IMG/VR virus record: IMGVR_UViG_3300044568_002739
Location: 1 to 37,912 of that record
Direction: 5' to 3' (one strand)
DNA from: a virus
Taxonomy: Duplodnaviria > Caudoviricetes
Length of the DNA: 37,912 nt
This document shows, in pieces, positions 37,015 to 37,912 of this stretch. A model generated the notes under the pieces. It did no database searches. It worked only from the letters and a program-made list of their open reading frames with translations, and had not been told where the DNA came from. A program made the position numbers and the translations under genes. Each line of letters opens with the position of its first letter. Position 1 is the first letter of the stretch.

Positions 37015-37022
37015 TATATATC
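37015..37022 (-). promoter_or_regulatory. Putative late promoter GATATATA
   Basis: 25 nt before the ATG at 36989, just downstream of the capsid-gene terminator. Confidence 0.65.
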
Positions 37023-37054
37023 CTCCAGTTTTATTTTTCTACCTGAGAGACAAC

Positions 37055-37088
37055 AAAAAAAAGCCTCCGGAAAATCCAGAGGCTTTTT
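37055..37088 (-). terminator. Rho-independent terminator after the major capsid gene
   Basis: Minus strand GCCTCTGGA-TTT-TCCGGAGGC followed by T8; a T5 run on the other strand suggests it may be bidirectional. Confidence 0.9.
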
Positions 37089-37117
37089 ATAAATGTAATG
37101 TACTTTAAAGATTAAGA

Positions 37118-37912
37118 TTAGTTTAATCCTCCAACAGGAACACTTACGTAGAAAGTGAAGTATAGAGATTCTGGATTGAATCCTGCTTCAACTAGTGCGT
37201 ATCTGCTCTTAACTGCGATCTTAGGAGACATAGTACCTTCAGAGATGGTTTGGATTGACTCCGCCATCATGTAAGGCATGAACTTAAGACCTGGCTCGTC
37301 ATCACCACCTTTTCTACCTACACAAACTCTTGTGTCGTTGTACTGCATGTTTTGATCAACATAGACAGTCATACCAGCTAGAGAACCAACTGGGTAAAGA
37401 GTTCCGTTGTTTTGAGTAAGGGTGTTAGAGAATGGAGCAAAAGTGAATTGGCTGATGTCTTGCATCGCAGACGCTAGGTTAGCGTTGGTTACGATGAAGT
37501 TAGCAGGACCTCTTCTACCTCTGTTAGCTACCACGTTAGCTGCTGCTAAAACTCTAGAGAATAGTCTTCTTTGTAAAGTTGACAAGTTCTCGTAAGAAGT
37601 TCCAGTAGGACCAGCTGGTAGAGTCATAGAAGCTAGGGTGTCAGTCTTATCCATGTAGGTAAGAGTAGTTCCACCTGCGCTTGCTGGCTGTAGATTCAAG
37701 TTAAGGTTTTGACCTTCGATTTGGTTGAAGTTAACGTTGTTAGACCAACCCAATTGGAATGCTCTTGACAAGATGTGCTTGTTAATAGACTGAGAAACCT
37801 CGTTAACAAGTGCGTTCTCGATCATAGAGATTACGTCGATACCGAACTGCTTGTTAAGATCTTGAATTTGCTCAGTTGTTACAGAAGCAGCAACTTGGAA
37901 AGTGTCAGCCTC
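37118..37912 (-). CDS. gp23: Major capsid protein, T4 gp23-like (C-terminal 264 aa; 5' end outside window)
   Basis: Frame is open to the right edge: VTTEQIQDLNKQFGID...LVNEVSQSINK, ANRGRRGPANFIV, VGSLAGMTVYVD, FMPY, PKIAVKSRYAL. Followed by a strong terminator. Confidence 0.92.
   Translation of the reverse strand, partial: EADTFQVAASVTTEQIQDLNKQFGIDVISMIENALVNEVSQSINKHILSRAFQLGWSNNVNFNQIEGQNLNLNLQPASAGGTTLTYMDKTDTLASMTLPAGPTGTSYENLSTLQRRLFSRVLAAANVVANRGRRGPANFIVTNANLASAMQDISQFTFAPFSNTLTQNNGTLYPVGSLAGMTVYVDQNMQYNDTRVCVGRKGGDDEPGLKFMPYMMAESIQTISEGTMSPKIAVKSRYALVEAGFNPESLYFTFYVSVPVGGLN

Noticed and set aside
1-37912. Active stop-codon reassignment
   Set aside because: Genes tile densely under the standard code with no TAG/TGA interruptions seen.

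Overview
This window is ~38 kb of a large T4-like (myovirus/jumbo) phage genome, most likely infecting Bacteroidota. Host evidence: no Shine-Dalgarno motifs, A-rich leaders, Reg_prop/PKD domains, and a Bacteroidota-style bS1 N-terminus. All genes but one are on the minus strand. In transcription order (right to left) it carries: the 3' part of a gp23-like major capsid gene and its terminator; coiled-coil proteins with T4 capsid-targeting-sequence-like leaders; a dNMP-kinase-like/AsnB-like gene pair; small hypotheticals and a Nudix hydrolase; a baseplate hub/spike module; a ribosomal S1-like/amidoligase pair; then neck, gp25, gp6, gp7-like, PKD and beta-propeller virion proteins. Main unexplained signals: (i) a dispersed G-x-T-G motif confined to virion-surface proteins (possible modification sequon); (ii) an S1-amidoligase pair inside the structural module; (iii) a family of putative packaged, protease-matured head proteins; (iv) a (G/A)ATATATA putative late promoter, in one case coupled to a hairpin that buries the start codon; (v) GATC/CTAG enrichment alongside the kinase-AsnB pair. 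All calls come from reading motifs by eye; no database searches were run.
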